DNA from: a virus
Strand: one strand, 5' to 3'
Virus record (IMG/VR): IMGVR_UViG_3300046501_000082
Location: 28,875 to 92,874 of that record
Length of the DNA: 64,000 bases
Shown: positions 42,603 to 54,249 of the stretch, piece by piece
Numbering within the stretch: the first letter of the stretch is position 1
Layout: each line of letters starts with the position of its first letter
Program-made: the position numbers and the translations under genes
The notes under the pieces: generated by a model
Told to the model about the DNA's origin: nothing
What the model saw: only the letters and a program-made list of their open reading frames with translations
The model's database searches: none

Positions 42603-43700
42603 TCCGACTCCTCCCCATAAGTTTTAAAAGATTCCCAACCCCTCTTGTTTGCCTCTTCAATCCTAATAGCTTCTAGGCTAATTGCAAGCTGTCGTATTAC
42701 ATCGTTCCCTGCAAGATTGTGGAAGAGAGAAATAGCCCCCTCAAGTCTGGACATATCTTCATCAGATAGATATTTCTTTGCAGAAGATAGCATTTCCTCA
42801 TACTTACTCACCTAGGCCACTCCGTACACGTCATTCTATTCCTTGTCAAAGCTGCTTCAAGGTTCTTCTGGTCTCTGTTCATAAACAACCTACCAAACCA
42901 CGTTGTAGGCAACCTTGTGGAAATCAATACATCTGGATACAGAACACCTCTTTCCGTATACCAGTCCACTGTATTGGCTTCATTCACTCGTGTAAGCCCT
43001 CTGTACTCTCTCATTGGAGGAGCACTGACTATCTTAAGATGAGGTACAAGCTCTTTACTGTAAGAGTAGTCACTGCATAATGGACAGTCTGGTGGTGGTT
43101 TATGGCAATTACAGATATGACAACTCATTGTTCTCTCCCCTCCAAACATCCCGCCCCAAGTCTATTCCCAAACACACTAGGAATCATGACTGTAAAATAC
43201 TGACCCTCTCTTTTCATACATGTCTCCATCACTTGTCTGTAATCATCTGAACTAGGAGAACAGCCCACCATAAAGGTTAGTGCAGCCATAATACAAATAA
43301 TCTTCATACCTTCTCCCAATACCCCGTATCACATTGTAGCTTGTGCATCCCAATCATCAAACACTCCTCACACATACCTTTTGGATACTTATCATAACAC
43401 AAATCCTCCTCAGCAACATAGTAAACTCTCTGCATATCGAATTCTGGACGAAAGGCTGTTGCCCCTGTTGATTTGTGTGTGCCACAATCCCACCCCTTTG
43501 TCCATTCTCTTGGGTAATTGTTATACACTTGAATAAGTGCCCAGCATTCGTACATTTTAGTAGCTCCTACAAGCGATACTTAGGACAGTCAGAAAGACAA
43601 TTGACCATAGTATTAGAAATCCGAATAAGTAAATCATATTTTACCTCCATTGTGCAAGTATTATGGCAGTATAGTGTGTAAAGTGAAAGAATAGTTGCAC

Positions 43701-44363
43701 TTAATTTATTTTAACAATAGTCAATTTACCACCTTTGAAGCAAGCGCCCGTATCAATGTAATGAACATTACCTAGAATCTCTGGATTATTCATCGGCGTA
43801 TGCCCAACAAACAGTTTATGTAGGCCAACTACATGAGATTTGTCTTTATACTCAACCTTAGTGCGTGCCCACATAGCGACAGCATCGAATCGTTCTTTAT
43901 TGCTTTCATACATAGATTTAAATAGATTCCAATCTCCGAGTGGGCACTCTGCATGGATAATACCTATCAATCCTCGATCAGTTTCAACTTCAATAGCGAG
44001 AGGTAGCTCTTTCATTTCTAGTGAGTAGCATTGTTGTTCAACTTCTGGTAAACCATATAGCCACATTCCTCCATTTATAGCGTGGCTCCCACAAGCATTA
44101 CTATCATTACCAGCTTCAACGGAGTCAATAACCATTTGTTCATGATTGCCACGTACAGCATGAAACCAAGGCTTACGAAGCCAATCCCAGAATTCTTCTG
44201 ATTCAGGACCACGATCTACCAAATCCCCTACAGAAAACAAGCGGTCGTTCACTTCATCAAAACCTATTTTATCAAGCTCTGTTTGCAGCAGAGTGAACAT
44301 TCCATGGATATCTCCAACCACATAGTCTGTACCTCGTGCGTTTCTCTCAAAATGTTTAATCAT
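43701..44363 (-). CDS. Calcineurin-like Ser/Thr phosphoesterase (lambda NinI-like)
   Basis: GDIHG, GDLVDRG, RGNHE, VGHT, IDTG. Confidence 0.92.
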   Translation of the reverse strand: MIKHFERNARGTDYVVGDIHGMFTLLQTELDKIGFDEVNDRLFSVGDLVDRGPESEEFWDWLRKPWFHAVRGNHEQMVIDSVEAGNDSNACGSHAINGGMWLYGLPEVEQQCYSLEMKELPLAIEVETDRGLIGIIHAECPLGDWNLFKSMYESNKERFDAVAMWARTKVEYKDKSHVVGLHKLFVGHTPMNNPEILGNVHYIDTGACFKGGKLTIVKIN

Positions 44364-45197
44364 ATCTTTCTCCTCCGTGTGTATTATATTGTACTAGGAA
44401 CTTCGAGTTGTGTAAAGGCATACAATGCCCCTCCTAAACAGAGAACGCAATTATATACCCTGTTTTCTACACTACTAACTACCTTTAGCTCTTATTTTTA
44501 AGCTCTTTCTGAACTGGATATACATGATTGTGTGATTTAATGTCCTGTACTTCCTCTAAATACAGTCCAACTAGCCCAACAGCGGACAGTTTAGGGTTGG
44601 CACTTACAAACTCTTTCAAAGTGCTGAATCCAGTTGCCTGAACAAATAGGTTAATGTCTACACCTACTTTCTTAGCAACACGTTTTACATATTTAGTCTC
44701 TGAAGCTGGTTTCCACCACAAAGGAAGCTTTACTCCCAAAGATGAAGCCAATTCCGACCATAGTGGTTTGTCCACGTATTCAGTTTTAATATTCTCTAGT
44801 GCCCATTGCTGATCAGCTTTACGCTTGATGGCTGCATTAGCTCGATCTTCATCAGTCATTCGTGTCAGATGTGCTGTGTTCATTCTTTCTCTCCAATCTC
44901 AATCAACTGTTTGATTTCATTCAAAGCATTCTTAATATGCTCATTCTCATCAATCTTCAACTCTTTAGAAATACGCTGCATACGTTTATTGATTTTGTGT
45001 AGATCTTTTAAGGATAATTTAAGGCTATCTAGTAGTTGTTTCTTAGTCATAGTCCCAACCTCTCTTTATACATTTTAATCTCTTGTTCTAACTCCACCAT
45101 CCTCTTACGTTTCTCAATGTTTAGGATGACAGCTTCAGAATGTCCTTTTGAGTCGTAATAATCAGGATGCTGTCTGATCCAATTTGCTTCCCAATCT

Positions 45198-45725
45198 TCA
45201 GTCAAGACCAAGCTCCTTCTTGGCATCCTTCACGATCTGCTGAGCTTGTGCATACAAGGTAGCATCACCTTCAGTCAGCACTTCAAGTAGCAATTCTTTC
45301 TCTTTGATATACACTCTTGCAAAGTCTTTGTCGTGTTCACAGATCGACTTGCTGTTTGAGATTAGGTCAGCAAGCTTGATTGTCTTAGCCTCTGGTGAGG
45401 CTTGTGCAGTATGTTGGCGATCAATCTCTTTACGTTTGGCACGATTACCATCTTCTGGCTTGGATACATCACTCAAATCATCTACAAGGGATGCAATCCA
45501 ACTGCCAAACTCCTTGTAAATTTCTTGATTACTAACACCGCAGTCCTCCTGCACATCATGTATAAGGGCAGCACAATGCATTGCAATATACTCAGGCTCT
45601 AAAGACCTCACAATCTGCATAACTTCAATTGGATGATTTATGTAGGGTTCAAAAGTATATTTTCTAGTCTGACCTTTGTGTTTAAGCGTTGCGAACAACA
45701 AAGCTTTTTCTACTAGTGGTTTCAT
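45198..45725 (-). CDS. HD-domain (p)ppGpp hydrolase-like protein (Mesh1/SAH-type)
   Basis: HKGQTRK..EPYINHP, AALIHDVQED, IKLADLISN. Confidence 0.8.
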   Translation of the reverse strand: MKPLVEKALLFATLKHKGQTRKYTFEPYINHPIEVMQIVRSLEPEYIAMHCAALIHDVQEDCGVSNQEIYKEFGSWIASLVDDLSDVSKPEDGNRAKRKEIDRQHTAQASPEAKTIKLADLISNSKSICEHDKDFARVYIKEKELLLEVLTEGDATLYAQAQQIVKDAKKELGLD

Positions 45726-46421
45726 CGTCTATCTCCTGTAAATTAGTAAATAAAGGATAACAAAAAGACGGCCTAGGAGCAACCCCAAGCCGTCTATATA
45801 AATTTATCATTCATCTGATTCAAATAGCAAAAATCTATTTGTCTCGTAATATTCATAAAGCATATCGGATACATCTCTGTCTGACCAATTCTATCCAATA
45901 TTTATTTCAACATGCTTTTGTGAGCCAAGCTCCATAACAGAAGTGTGCTCAAGCCAGTTCCAGCCTCCATTTTCAAATAACACTACAGTAGTCATTAGAT
46001 TTCTCCAAGATACAACGCTTGAGCTACCAAAGATGTGAATGTCACCATGTGGTTCTGGCAGATAATCTTTTTATTCTTACGGGAATATTGAAGCTTTGCA
46101 GTTTGCACAAGCTTTGCTTTATGTGCAGATAGAAGCTCATCAACACTAATCTTTTCTTTAGGAAATGAGAAATCCCAAGCTTTAGGGTTTGTATTGTGTA
46201 AATAAATAGCAGTGCTGAAGCTAATCTTACCAACTCCTTCATGAAAACCGTGTCGTACACTGTAGAATCCCGGAGCTTCATGTATGAATTCATATGGTGT
46301 ATACTTAAAACCTAGCACATTCATAAAAGCAACTACTGAGTTGACTTGACACTGCTTAGTGTCTTTAATTTTAAATTCATTTCCTTCGCTGTCGTAGCCA
46401 ATACCGATCATTTGGTTTCTC

Positions 46422-46829
46422 CTAAATCTTTAATGTTGGAATTCCGTGTTTCTTCAAATACTCAATACCATCTGAAGACCTATAATCATGCCTGTAAAAT
46501 ACTTTCTCAATCCCAGCTTCAACCAATTCTACACTACATGCAAGACATGGGCAATGGCTTACGAACAGTGTTGAACCAATACTTGTTTCTGTAGATTTCC
46601 TAAGCTTATCCAGACATGCAATCTCACTATGCCTTACTGCTTGGGTAGTTTGCCCCAATTCATCTTCACATTTGTTCGTGTGCCATCCTGCACGAGTACC
46701 GTTTGTGCCTAAAGCAATGATATTATCATTCTTGTAAAGTAAGCTACCTACTTTCAAGCGTGTGGCTTCACTAGTCTCTCCAAACCTGCACGCCATGTCC
46801 ATAAGAGCTTGTAAATATTTCTCCTTCAC
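46422..46829 (-). CDS. dCMP deaminase
   Basis: RLKVG, GTNG, HSE, PCLAC. Confidence 0.9.
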   Translation of the reverse strand: MKEKYLQALMDMACRFGETSEATRLKVGSLLYKNDNIIALGTNGTRAGWHTNKCEDELGQTTQAVRHSEIACLDKLRKSTETSIGSTLFVSHCPCLACSVELVEAGIEKVFYRHDYRSSDGIEYLKKHGIPTLKI

Positions 46830-47237
46830 TTAAATCTCCCCTTCCAAATAAACCCTAGCTGCAAATGTGACATACCTTCTAGGTCCGTCTTTGTAGTCAT
46901 ACACAATCCCATCCTTAACACAAAGTGCATGACCTCTGACCAGAATATAATACCTACCCTTATTGTGTTTCTCACAGAAAGCTCTTAGATTTATTCTTTC
47001 TGTCTTACCGTAAGGTCCGATCTTTATTTTAGCTTTCTTGCAACTATTCAAAGCATTATAGATATCTTTACTCATCATTCCTTTACGGTTTATCCGTCCG
47101 TGTCTTTTTAGCCAACTGTGAGCAGATTCATAAGAGCAATCAAATGTATTTACCCAAGCCTTCACTGTGCAATCATTGTGTTCTTTAAGAGCTTTACTTT
47201 TACTTATCAAATCCTCCGAGTATTTTATGTATTCCAT
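46830..47237 (-). CDS. Papain-fold peptidase-like protein (tentative)
   Basis: NDCTVKA...VRGHALCVKDG..YD (Cys-His-Asp). Confidence 0.45.
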   Translation of the reverse strand: MEYIKYSEDLISKSKALKEHNDCTVKAWVNTFDCSYESAHSWLKRHGRINRKGMMSKDIYNALNSCKKAKIKIGPYGKTERINLRAFCEKHNKGRYYILVRGHALCVKDGIVYDYKDGPRRYVTFAARVYLEGEI

Positions 47238-48765
47238 GAATAACTCCTAATATGTTTTCTGTCCTTTACGTGTAGCAGTTCCTGTACAACTAAGGCCACC
47301 ACTCTCCAATTTACTCTTTGTCACTTGGTTCTTTGTTGCAATAACTTTATATTTCCCCTTCGGCGGGTAGTTCAAATCCACCCACTCTTGGCACTCTTCA
47401 CGTTTACTGCTGTGAAGCATAATGATCTGAAGGGCTGTCTTCACATAGAATGCAGCACTAGGAATATAGTCATAAGCAATGAAGTCTTCGTATTCGACAA
47501 CTGAAGTACGTAACTCTTTCTTTTTAGATTCACTCGTACCCGTCATAAAGATTCTCCTGTTGTTCTAAATAGACATCAATCTTCGAATCTTCATCATCCA
47601 GAATATCTTCTTCCAACTCTTCGTAATACTTTTCAAGCTCGTCATCCAAGAACGAATCGTAATCACTCATAATCAATACTCTCTAAAATACTAGAAATCA
47701 TGTCCTCTCCAAGTTCAGTTGTAGCATCTTCTAGGTCATGAAGAATCCAAGAAGAGATATTTGCATCATAACCGTCTTCTGTGCCTGTGTTAAATGAGTT
47801 CATTCTTGTTCTTTCTCCAACTCAATTAACTGATTCAATACTACCAACATTGCATCTACATTCTCACGGGAGTATGTGACGCTGCTTTTACTCGCCTTCG
47901 CTGGATGATTGATAGCAGCATATAATTTGCAAAGCGCTTCATATTTAGAACTCATTCTTTATTCTCCACTTTCACAGGCCAAGGCCGTGCAAGAGCATAT
48001 TCTTGTGTGATGATAATTTTACCATCTACTTCTGTTTCTTTATCTTCAACGAGAACAGAGAATTGCTTAAGATCTTCAGCCTTAATTGTTTTGAGCAAAT
48101 TTGTCATTGATTTGTGATAGGTTTGGTACATAAATATTCCCCTTAGTCAATACATTGTGAAATTAGGTCTAATTCTAGCCACTCATTTGGTTCAATGCTG
48201 AATGAGGGTTCAACAGTGGCTAGGTAGTCTTCTTGGTAGTCGTTGGTTTCAAGGTTTTCCATATTTATTACCATGAACCATAGTCTGTGAGTGACACACC
48301 GATTCCAAGTTCAGGACATTCAATAGATGAAGCCTGACCAATACCACTTCCGATTGAAAATATATAGTCGAATGTCAAGACTTTCATATCTGCATCTGAA
48401 TTAGCAGCGTAGCCCATAATTTTATGGCACATAGCTTTAAAGTCTTCTGCTGACTTTACCTCTATTTCATTCAATTCAAATTTCATTAATACTCTCTCCT
48501 GTGTGTTTGTCATGTGCTGCTAAGTTTAAGCCAGCACATTGGTTTGTGCAAGTGTTATTTTAATACAAGCTCTAAATTACGAGATTTTCTATAGCAGTCC
48601 CCTGTTTCGGCAATAGGACGCACATAAAAAACCGAATCGTCAACGCCAATTTTAGCTTTAATTTTCTCATAAACCATATCAGCACCCTCTTGTGTGTACG
48701 GAATACGATACTCCTCTGTTGCCAATACCTCAAAATAAGCTTTCTGTAGCTTGTCAATTGTCATC

Positions 48766-49527
48766 TTATTTCTCCTCAATTACTTTTGGTGCCTTCTTGG
48801 CAGCGGTTGCAGACCGTTTCGCAGCATTATCAATCTTTTTCTGGTGTGCGTCAAGGGCTTTGGCTACGGCGTTTTCTACGATAGTGTCAATAGTTACCAT
48901 CTCTTCTTGTTCACCACACTCGGTGCAACCTTCTACACCGCAACCCTGTGCTTGGCGCGCTTCGTCAAAGACTTCTAACCGCTCCATGATTTCATCAGCA
49001 TTAAAGTAGTAGTCAGCACCCTTCAAAAGAGAATCAATCTCATCTGGCGTGAGGAAGTTTGAATATTCTTCACGTACCCGTGCATGTGTTTGTCGGCGTA
49101 AGAATTGGGATGCCTCAAACGTTTCAGATTCTTTGCCCCAATTGCCTCCACTTACCGTGTGGCTAAACCATTCTGCATACTTACTAACACCCCACGTATC
49201 GCACGCCAAGAATAAGAAAGTACACATTGAACCACAATCATGCTCAATAAAACCAATCGTTGTAGCTGGACACTCGTGAATAGCATTGATGATCTGATTA
49301 CCTGTACGAACCTGACCCCCGCCGCTGTTCAGCCTCAAGAAAAATTCATCAGCGGGTGAACAGGAGCGAAGAGCGTGGCACAAATCCATGTATTCTTCTG
49401 GATTACCAATCTCCCCTACCAAATAATAATCATAACGGATGTGATCATGATATTCAGTGACAAAGAGTTTGTTTGGTTCCATGAACGGCATAATCTTTGT
49501 GTCAGAGCTTGCAATAACTTTTTTCAT
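48766..49527 (-). CDS. ClpP-like serine protease
   Basis: LNSGGG, CGSMCTFLFL, FSH, YFNADE. Confidence 0.8.
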   Translation of the reverse strand: MKKVIASSDTKIMPFMEPNKLFVTEYHDHIRYDYYLVGEIGNPEEYMDLCHALRSCSPADEFFLRLNSGGGQVRTGNQIINAIHECPATTIGFIEHDCGSMCTFLFLACDTWGVSKYAEWFSHTVSGGNWGKESETFEASQFLRRQTHARVREEYSNFLTPDEIDSLLKGADYYFNADEIMERLEVFDEARQAQGCGVEGCTECGEQEEMVTIDTIVENAVAKALDAHQKKIDNAAKRSATAAKKAPKVIEEK

Positions 49528-49529
49528 AT

Positions 49530-50357
49530 TTAACCCTTCTCAAAGTAAAATGCTTTAACCAAAGCCTTCGTAAGCTTACTACGACGACCACTATCTTCAA
49601 ATGTGAAGTTTACAAAACCAATATTGTTTTCCAGTTCATAAATATCCTCGGCGTCCAGAAACTTAGGTGGATTGGTTTTAATGCTGTCAAGAAGTTGGCT
49701 CAAGTACAACAAGCCTGTTTCCTTCCTGATATCTTTTTGACGCCAGTCCCCAGTCAAGCATAGCTGAGCACCATCACCAACCCTCGTAGTCATCATTTGC
49801 ATAAGGTCAGTGTCAAACCCTTGCGACTCCTCACAGAGCACCATAACACCATCCTCAAAAGAGTATCCTCTCAGCCATTCTACGCTTTTGAACTCCACAA
49901 CTTTCTTTTCAAGCATATACGCAAGTTGTGCTTTACCAAGAAACTTACTTAGATGCTCCAAGATACTAGTAAAAATCATTGACAATTTTTCGGTTTCGGA
50001 ACCGGGGACCGCACCTATTGTTCGACCACAAGATTCGTATGGACGTACCAAAAAGAGTTTATGAATCGCTTTGTCTCGCAGTTGGTTAGCAGCGTGCCAT
50101 GCAGCAAGAATTGACTTACCACCGCCTGCCGGTCCCTGCAATGCCACAATTTTACGTCCCTCTTGCAAATAATAAGCACCAAGTTTCTGTGCTTCACCGA
50201 TAGGCGTAAAGGGCATTGCGTTAAAAACCTTTTCTTCAGCAAACTTATCCCGATTTACAGCAGAACCCCCTACTTTAGTTTTACGTGTCCGAGTACGTGG
50301 GACCGAAACTTCGATTCCGTCAACTTCTACAATCGTCTGCCGATTTTTAGCACCCAT
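49530..50357 (-). CDS. phoH: PhoH-family ATPase
   Basis: GPAGGGKS, LVRP, GAVPG, LRGYSF, EESQ, TRVG, GDWRQKD. Confidence 0.92.
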   Translation of the reverse strand: MGAKNRQTIVEVDGIEVSVPRTRTRKTKVGGSAVNRDKFAEEKVFNAMPFTPIGEAQKLGAYYLQEGRKIVALQGPAGGGKSILAAWHAANQLRDKAIHKLFLVRPYESCGRTIGAVPGSETEKLSMIFTSILEHLSKFLGKAQLAYMLEKKVVEFKSVEWLRGYSFEDGVMVLCEESQGFDTDLMQMMTTRVGDGAQLCLTGDWRQKDIRKETGLLYLSQLLDSIKTNPPKFLDAEDIYELENNIGFVNFTFEDSGRRSKLTKALVKAFYFEKG

Positions 50358-51532
50358 CAGTCTGTTACCTCAACTTTCCAATTAATAAGGGATGTGTAAA
50401 CTTGTGAATTAATTTCAGATTTGTATTTCTCTGCAATTTCTTTTACAACAGACTCTTTAGCTTCTTTGTAAACCAAGAAAGCTTGTTCAGGTGTTGCAAA
50501 CCTCCCTAAGCAAATCCTACGACCTTCACGATTAATCTGAGCAATAAATTTGCCAGACTTTGCTTCTTTATGTACACCTAGTGGATAGTCACCTCTCTTA
50601 TTACCCCGCAAAGTAAACAAATTATTAATAGCTACAGGAACATACGAGCATTTATCTGGTGAGTAAATTTTATTACCTTGCTCAATAATATCTTTATCCA
50701 AACACCAGTCTTTATTTTTAATAAACTCCGGTTGAGATTCAGACCAAGCAGCAAAGTTCTGAAAACAATGCCACACTTTATGTACAGAGCAACCAACGTA
50801 GGTAATATTCTTTTTCAAGGACTCTTCATCATAGCAACGAGTGATCATGTTAGACCAGACAGTCCATAGCTGTAGAGAGTTTGCTGGTGAATATGTGCCC
50901 TCACCAATATACCCAACACCGGCTACACTCAAACGATAAGGGTTCCTAATACCGCGTTTTGCATCATTCCTAAGGACAACCTTCTCATAACCAAAAGAGT
51001 CCAAGAACTTAATTCTACATTTAGCTCCAGCCAAAAGTTCAATAATCTCAAATGTAGATCCGTAGAAATTCTCAATAATTTGACCAACTTCAACAGCGGG
51101 CTTCCGCTTTATCCCAGTCTTCTCATACTTAATTGTCGGCAGTAATGGTGTTGCCAACCAATCACGAATTGATCCATTCTTAATCTCTTTTACTGCACTC
51201 CAAGCCTCAAATCCAGACTTAGTAAACTTAACCTTAACTTTATTTGATGTTACATACTCTACAATTTCAAAGTCAAGGCCTTTCTTATTTTTAAGGACTT
51301 CACCTATAGCTACAGCAGGACGAAGATTGTTTTTACCGTTTTCACGAATAAGCTCTTTTTGCAAGCACCGACAAGATTGAGTCTTACCAGCCAATACACT
51401 ATGCACATCAGTTGTAGTTTCATTACCACATGAGCAACTGCACACAAATTTAGGCTTCGGATTACGAACTACACCAATGATTGTCAGTCTGCCATAAACT
51501 TCTCCTATATGTTTTGAATAAAAATCTTCCAC
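50357..51532 (-). CDS. Free-standing HNH-AP2 homing endonuclease with N-terminal repeats
   Basis: CSCSCG..SCRC, WSNMITRCY, LDKDII, RGDYPLGV, LGRF. Confidence 0.85.
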   Translation of the reverse strand: MEDFYSKHIGEVYGRLTIIGVVRNPKPKFVCSCSCGNETTTDVHSVLAGKTQSCRCLQKELIRENGKNNLRPAVAIGEVLKNKKGLDFEIVEYVTSNKVKVKFTKSGFEAWSAVKEIKNGSIRDWLATPLLPTIKYEKTGIKRKPAVEVGQIIENFYGSTFEIIELLAGAKCRIKFLDSFGYEKVVLRNDAKRGIRNPYRLSVAGVGYIGEGTYSPANSLQLWTVWSNMITRCYDEESLKKNITYVGCSVHKVWHCFQNFAAWSESQPEFIKNKDWCLDKDIIEQGNKIYSPDKCSYVPVAINNLFTLRGNKRGDYPLGVHKEAKSGKFIAQINREGRRICLGRFATPEQAFLVYKEAKESVVKEIAEKYKSEINSQVYTSLINWKVEVTD

Positions 51533-53628
51533 TCTTCTCTCCTAATTTAATTTATACAACCCTTCTCACCAACAACACAACCAATATTGCATACTTTCAT
51601 CTAGAACACAAGCTTTATTCAAGAAATCACAAACTTAAATTTACTCTCCGGGCTTGTTGAGTTGAAATACATCTTGCAAGCCTCATCAATATCACATCGC
51701 TGTGAAATACTGCAAGGAACTTCATTAAATTTAAATTCAACCCATTCCAAATTTAGCTTGACAGCGAGGGTGTGAGCCTCTGTACAAGCTTCTCTGATTG
51801 AAGTACCGGAGCTAAAGCTTACTGTAAAATTCATACCTTATCACTCCCCATCATTACATAAAAAGCCTTCATAGCCACCTCATCTACACTCTCCAAAGTA
51901 AGGAAATCTGCAAATCCTCCTCTTGTAGCCTTAGAGATACTACTTAAATAAACATCTGTCAATACATTATCCCGATTAACATAGAATGTATGTGTTGACA
52001 AGTGTGTCTCACAGGATGTGTCAATTTGTATTGTTCGTGTCATTTAGGATTCCTCCAACCACCCTCAAGGAGAAGTTTATACCTATCGTGCCATACAAGC
52101 CCAGCAGTCTTACAATGAAGTGATCTGCGTTTGTATTGATTAGCTGCCTTATGGTTGGATTTTGTAGGGTAGATGCTAATTGCAAGCTCTGCATAGTGAA
52201 TAAGCTTCTCTGCTTTATCATACCATTCTTCAAGTACAGCCTTTGCACGTTCTAGGTGCCACGTTGGGATTGTCATTTCCCCTCCAATTCCTTAGCAACA
52301 TCCTGCCAAGATACGCTAGTAATATATTTCTGCATAGCCAATGAACACTCTTTCTTTGTCAAAGGTCGTCCAAGGGATTCTTTTAGGGAATTCTACACGA
52401 ATTCCCAAGATGATGGAGATGCGGTATGGGTTTTCATTTCCAAGACTCTTCGTGTTCCAGATATTCTTCTAAAGCATTCTCACACCAAGCTTGAATTTTA
52501 CTCTTTTTAGCTTTTACTACACGGCCAGCTAATGCAGCCCCATTCCCAAATCCATGAGATGTCTCCCAAATAGACTTCCAATAAGGAATCCATAGAAAGC
52601 TACTCTTAATTCTCACACGAACTTCAGCATAGGACCATCCACACTGGTGGAATGTGAACTGATATTCAACACCATCCTTAACCAGATACATTGGTTTCAT
52701 CATTCTCTCCTCAATATTACATGTGTGTTTATTAGCCTATAAACAGATGGTATCATCCAACCCATAGCTGCACAAGGGTTTTCGTCCACTGCAGTTTTGT
52801 AGGGGATATTTTGCACTAACTTGTGGCTTTCGCTTTCATTTTTACAGCTTTCTTCAGACAAGGAAAGCAAATCTCAGCAGTAGCACTCTCATAATCAGGT
52901 TCTTGACCAATCTGAACCATTTCTTCTACAGACTTACCACACTCATGGCAAACACAAGATGTCCAAGATGTATTACCAATAACCTCTTCAACCTGAGCAG
53001 GTGAAGGGTTTGGACCAAGTGCTACTAATTCTTCATGTATTTCTCTTTTGGTCCTACCACAGATACTTGCAGTGTTACAATAAGATTGGTGAGAATAGTT
53101 CCTGTACCAACGGGATTCAGCAAAAGCGGCATTGTCTAAGCGTGTGATTAGTTTCATTTTGTATACCAAATATTAGATTGCATTGTGTAAGGAGGCACAA
53201 GATACATTTGTGCATATTCATTGGCAGCCTCTTTTGTAGAGAATGCGTCAAGCTTTTGTTTAGCGTAGAATACAACAAAGCGTTTCTTGCCGTATGTGCG
53301 CTCGATGATGGATAGCTTTTTGCTCATTTTGTAGCTCCAAAATTAAGGATGCACCAGTCAACAAAATCCTTGTACTCATCTTCATCCATGTTTATTAATT
53401 CAGCACTTGACATAGCATACTGTACATCTGATTGCATGTAGTCGCCAAACCATTGTGATAGAAATTCCTCATCGTTAACAATAGTCTGATAGAGTTCCTC
53501 ATGGGTTTTAGGAGTTTTCTCTTCTGGATCATCTTGCCACTGGATAGCTGTGTCAGCATAATCTGTAGCGATTAAATGTGAGGACCACCGGTAGGTGTGT
53601 CCGAAGTTAGTCTTTACGATGAAGTCGT

Positions 53629-54027
53629 TCACAGATAGCACTCCGAGAACAGCACACCCTCTGTAAATACTTCCTTGATCTGTCCAGCAGCCTTAGCCAC
53701 AACCCAAGCTTCTTCACGACCCATGTAGACACCCCACTGATCTACAAACCCTTGGTCAGTTCCCACATCATGCTTAGAATAATCAACATTCAAATTGTCA
53801 AGAGTCATTCGCATAATTGGACAGAAATGACGATTACCTACGATCAAATGTCCATCCACAATACATGCTGCCATAGAAACAACACGCTGTACATTATCAA
53901 ATCTCTCCCACACCGGTTTAAAAGATCCGTCAGTGACTCCGTGCACCCAATGCATGTGGTTGATGTACTCTTCTGAAGCTTTAGTGATATCTTGCATTTC
54001 TTTCTCCTCATTTGGTTGATGTCCCAA
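53629..54027 (-). CDS. Conserved phage hypothetical protein
   Basis: GNRH...QGFVDQWG..MGREEAW..A..AGQ...LFSE. Confidence 0.6.
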   Translation of the reverse strand: MGHQPNEEKEMQDITKASEEYINHMHWVHGVTDGSFKPVWERFDNVQRVVSMAACIVDGHLIVGNRHFCPIMRMTLDNLNVDYSKHDVGTDQGFVDQWGVYMGREEAWVVAKAAGQIKEVFTEGVLFSECYL

Positions 54028-54130
54028 TCTTACAGCCTATCCTTGTGGAATGCAAGCATGATTTGGGGAAATTTATCAAACTATTTGTGTGAGGGGTGGG
54101 GTTGACACTGACAGAAATGTAGCGTAGTCT
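54027..54130. promoter_or_regulatory. Divergent sigma70 promoter pair
   Basis: Minus: TTGCAT-17-TAAGAT (54055-54027); plus: TTGACA(54102)-17-TAGTCT. Confidence 0.75.
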
Positions 54131-54249
54131 TGCTCATATCAGTGCTGCCTTAAAGCAGTGCATAAAAAGAATTATTTCCTGAGAGCCTTTATCTATAAGG
54201 CTTACAGCGATTTATGGTCCACTACCTAGGAGGATAAGGAATATGATGT

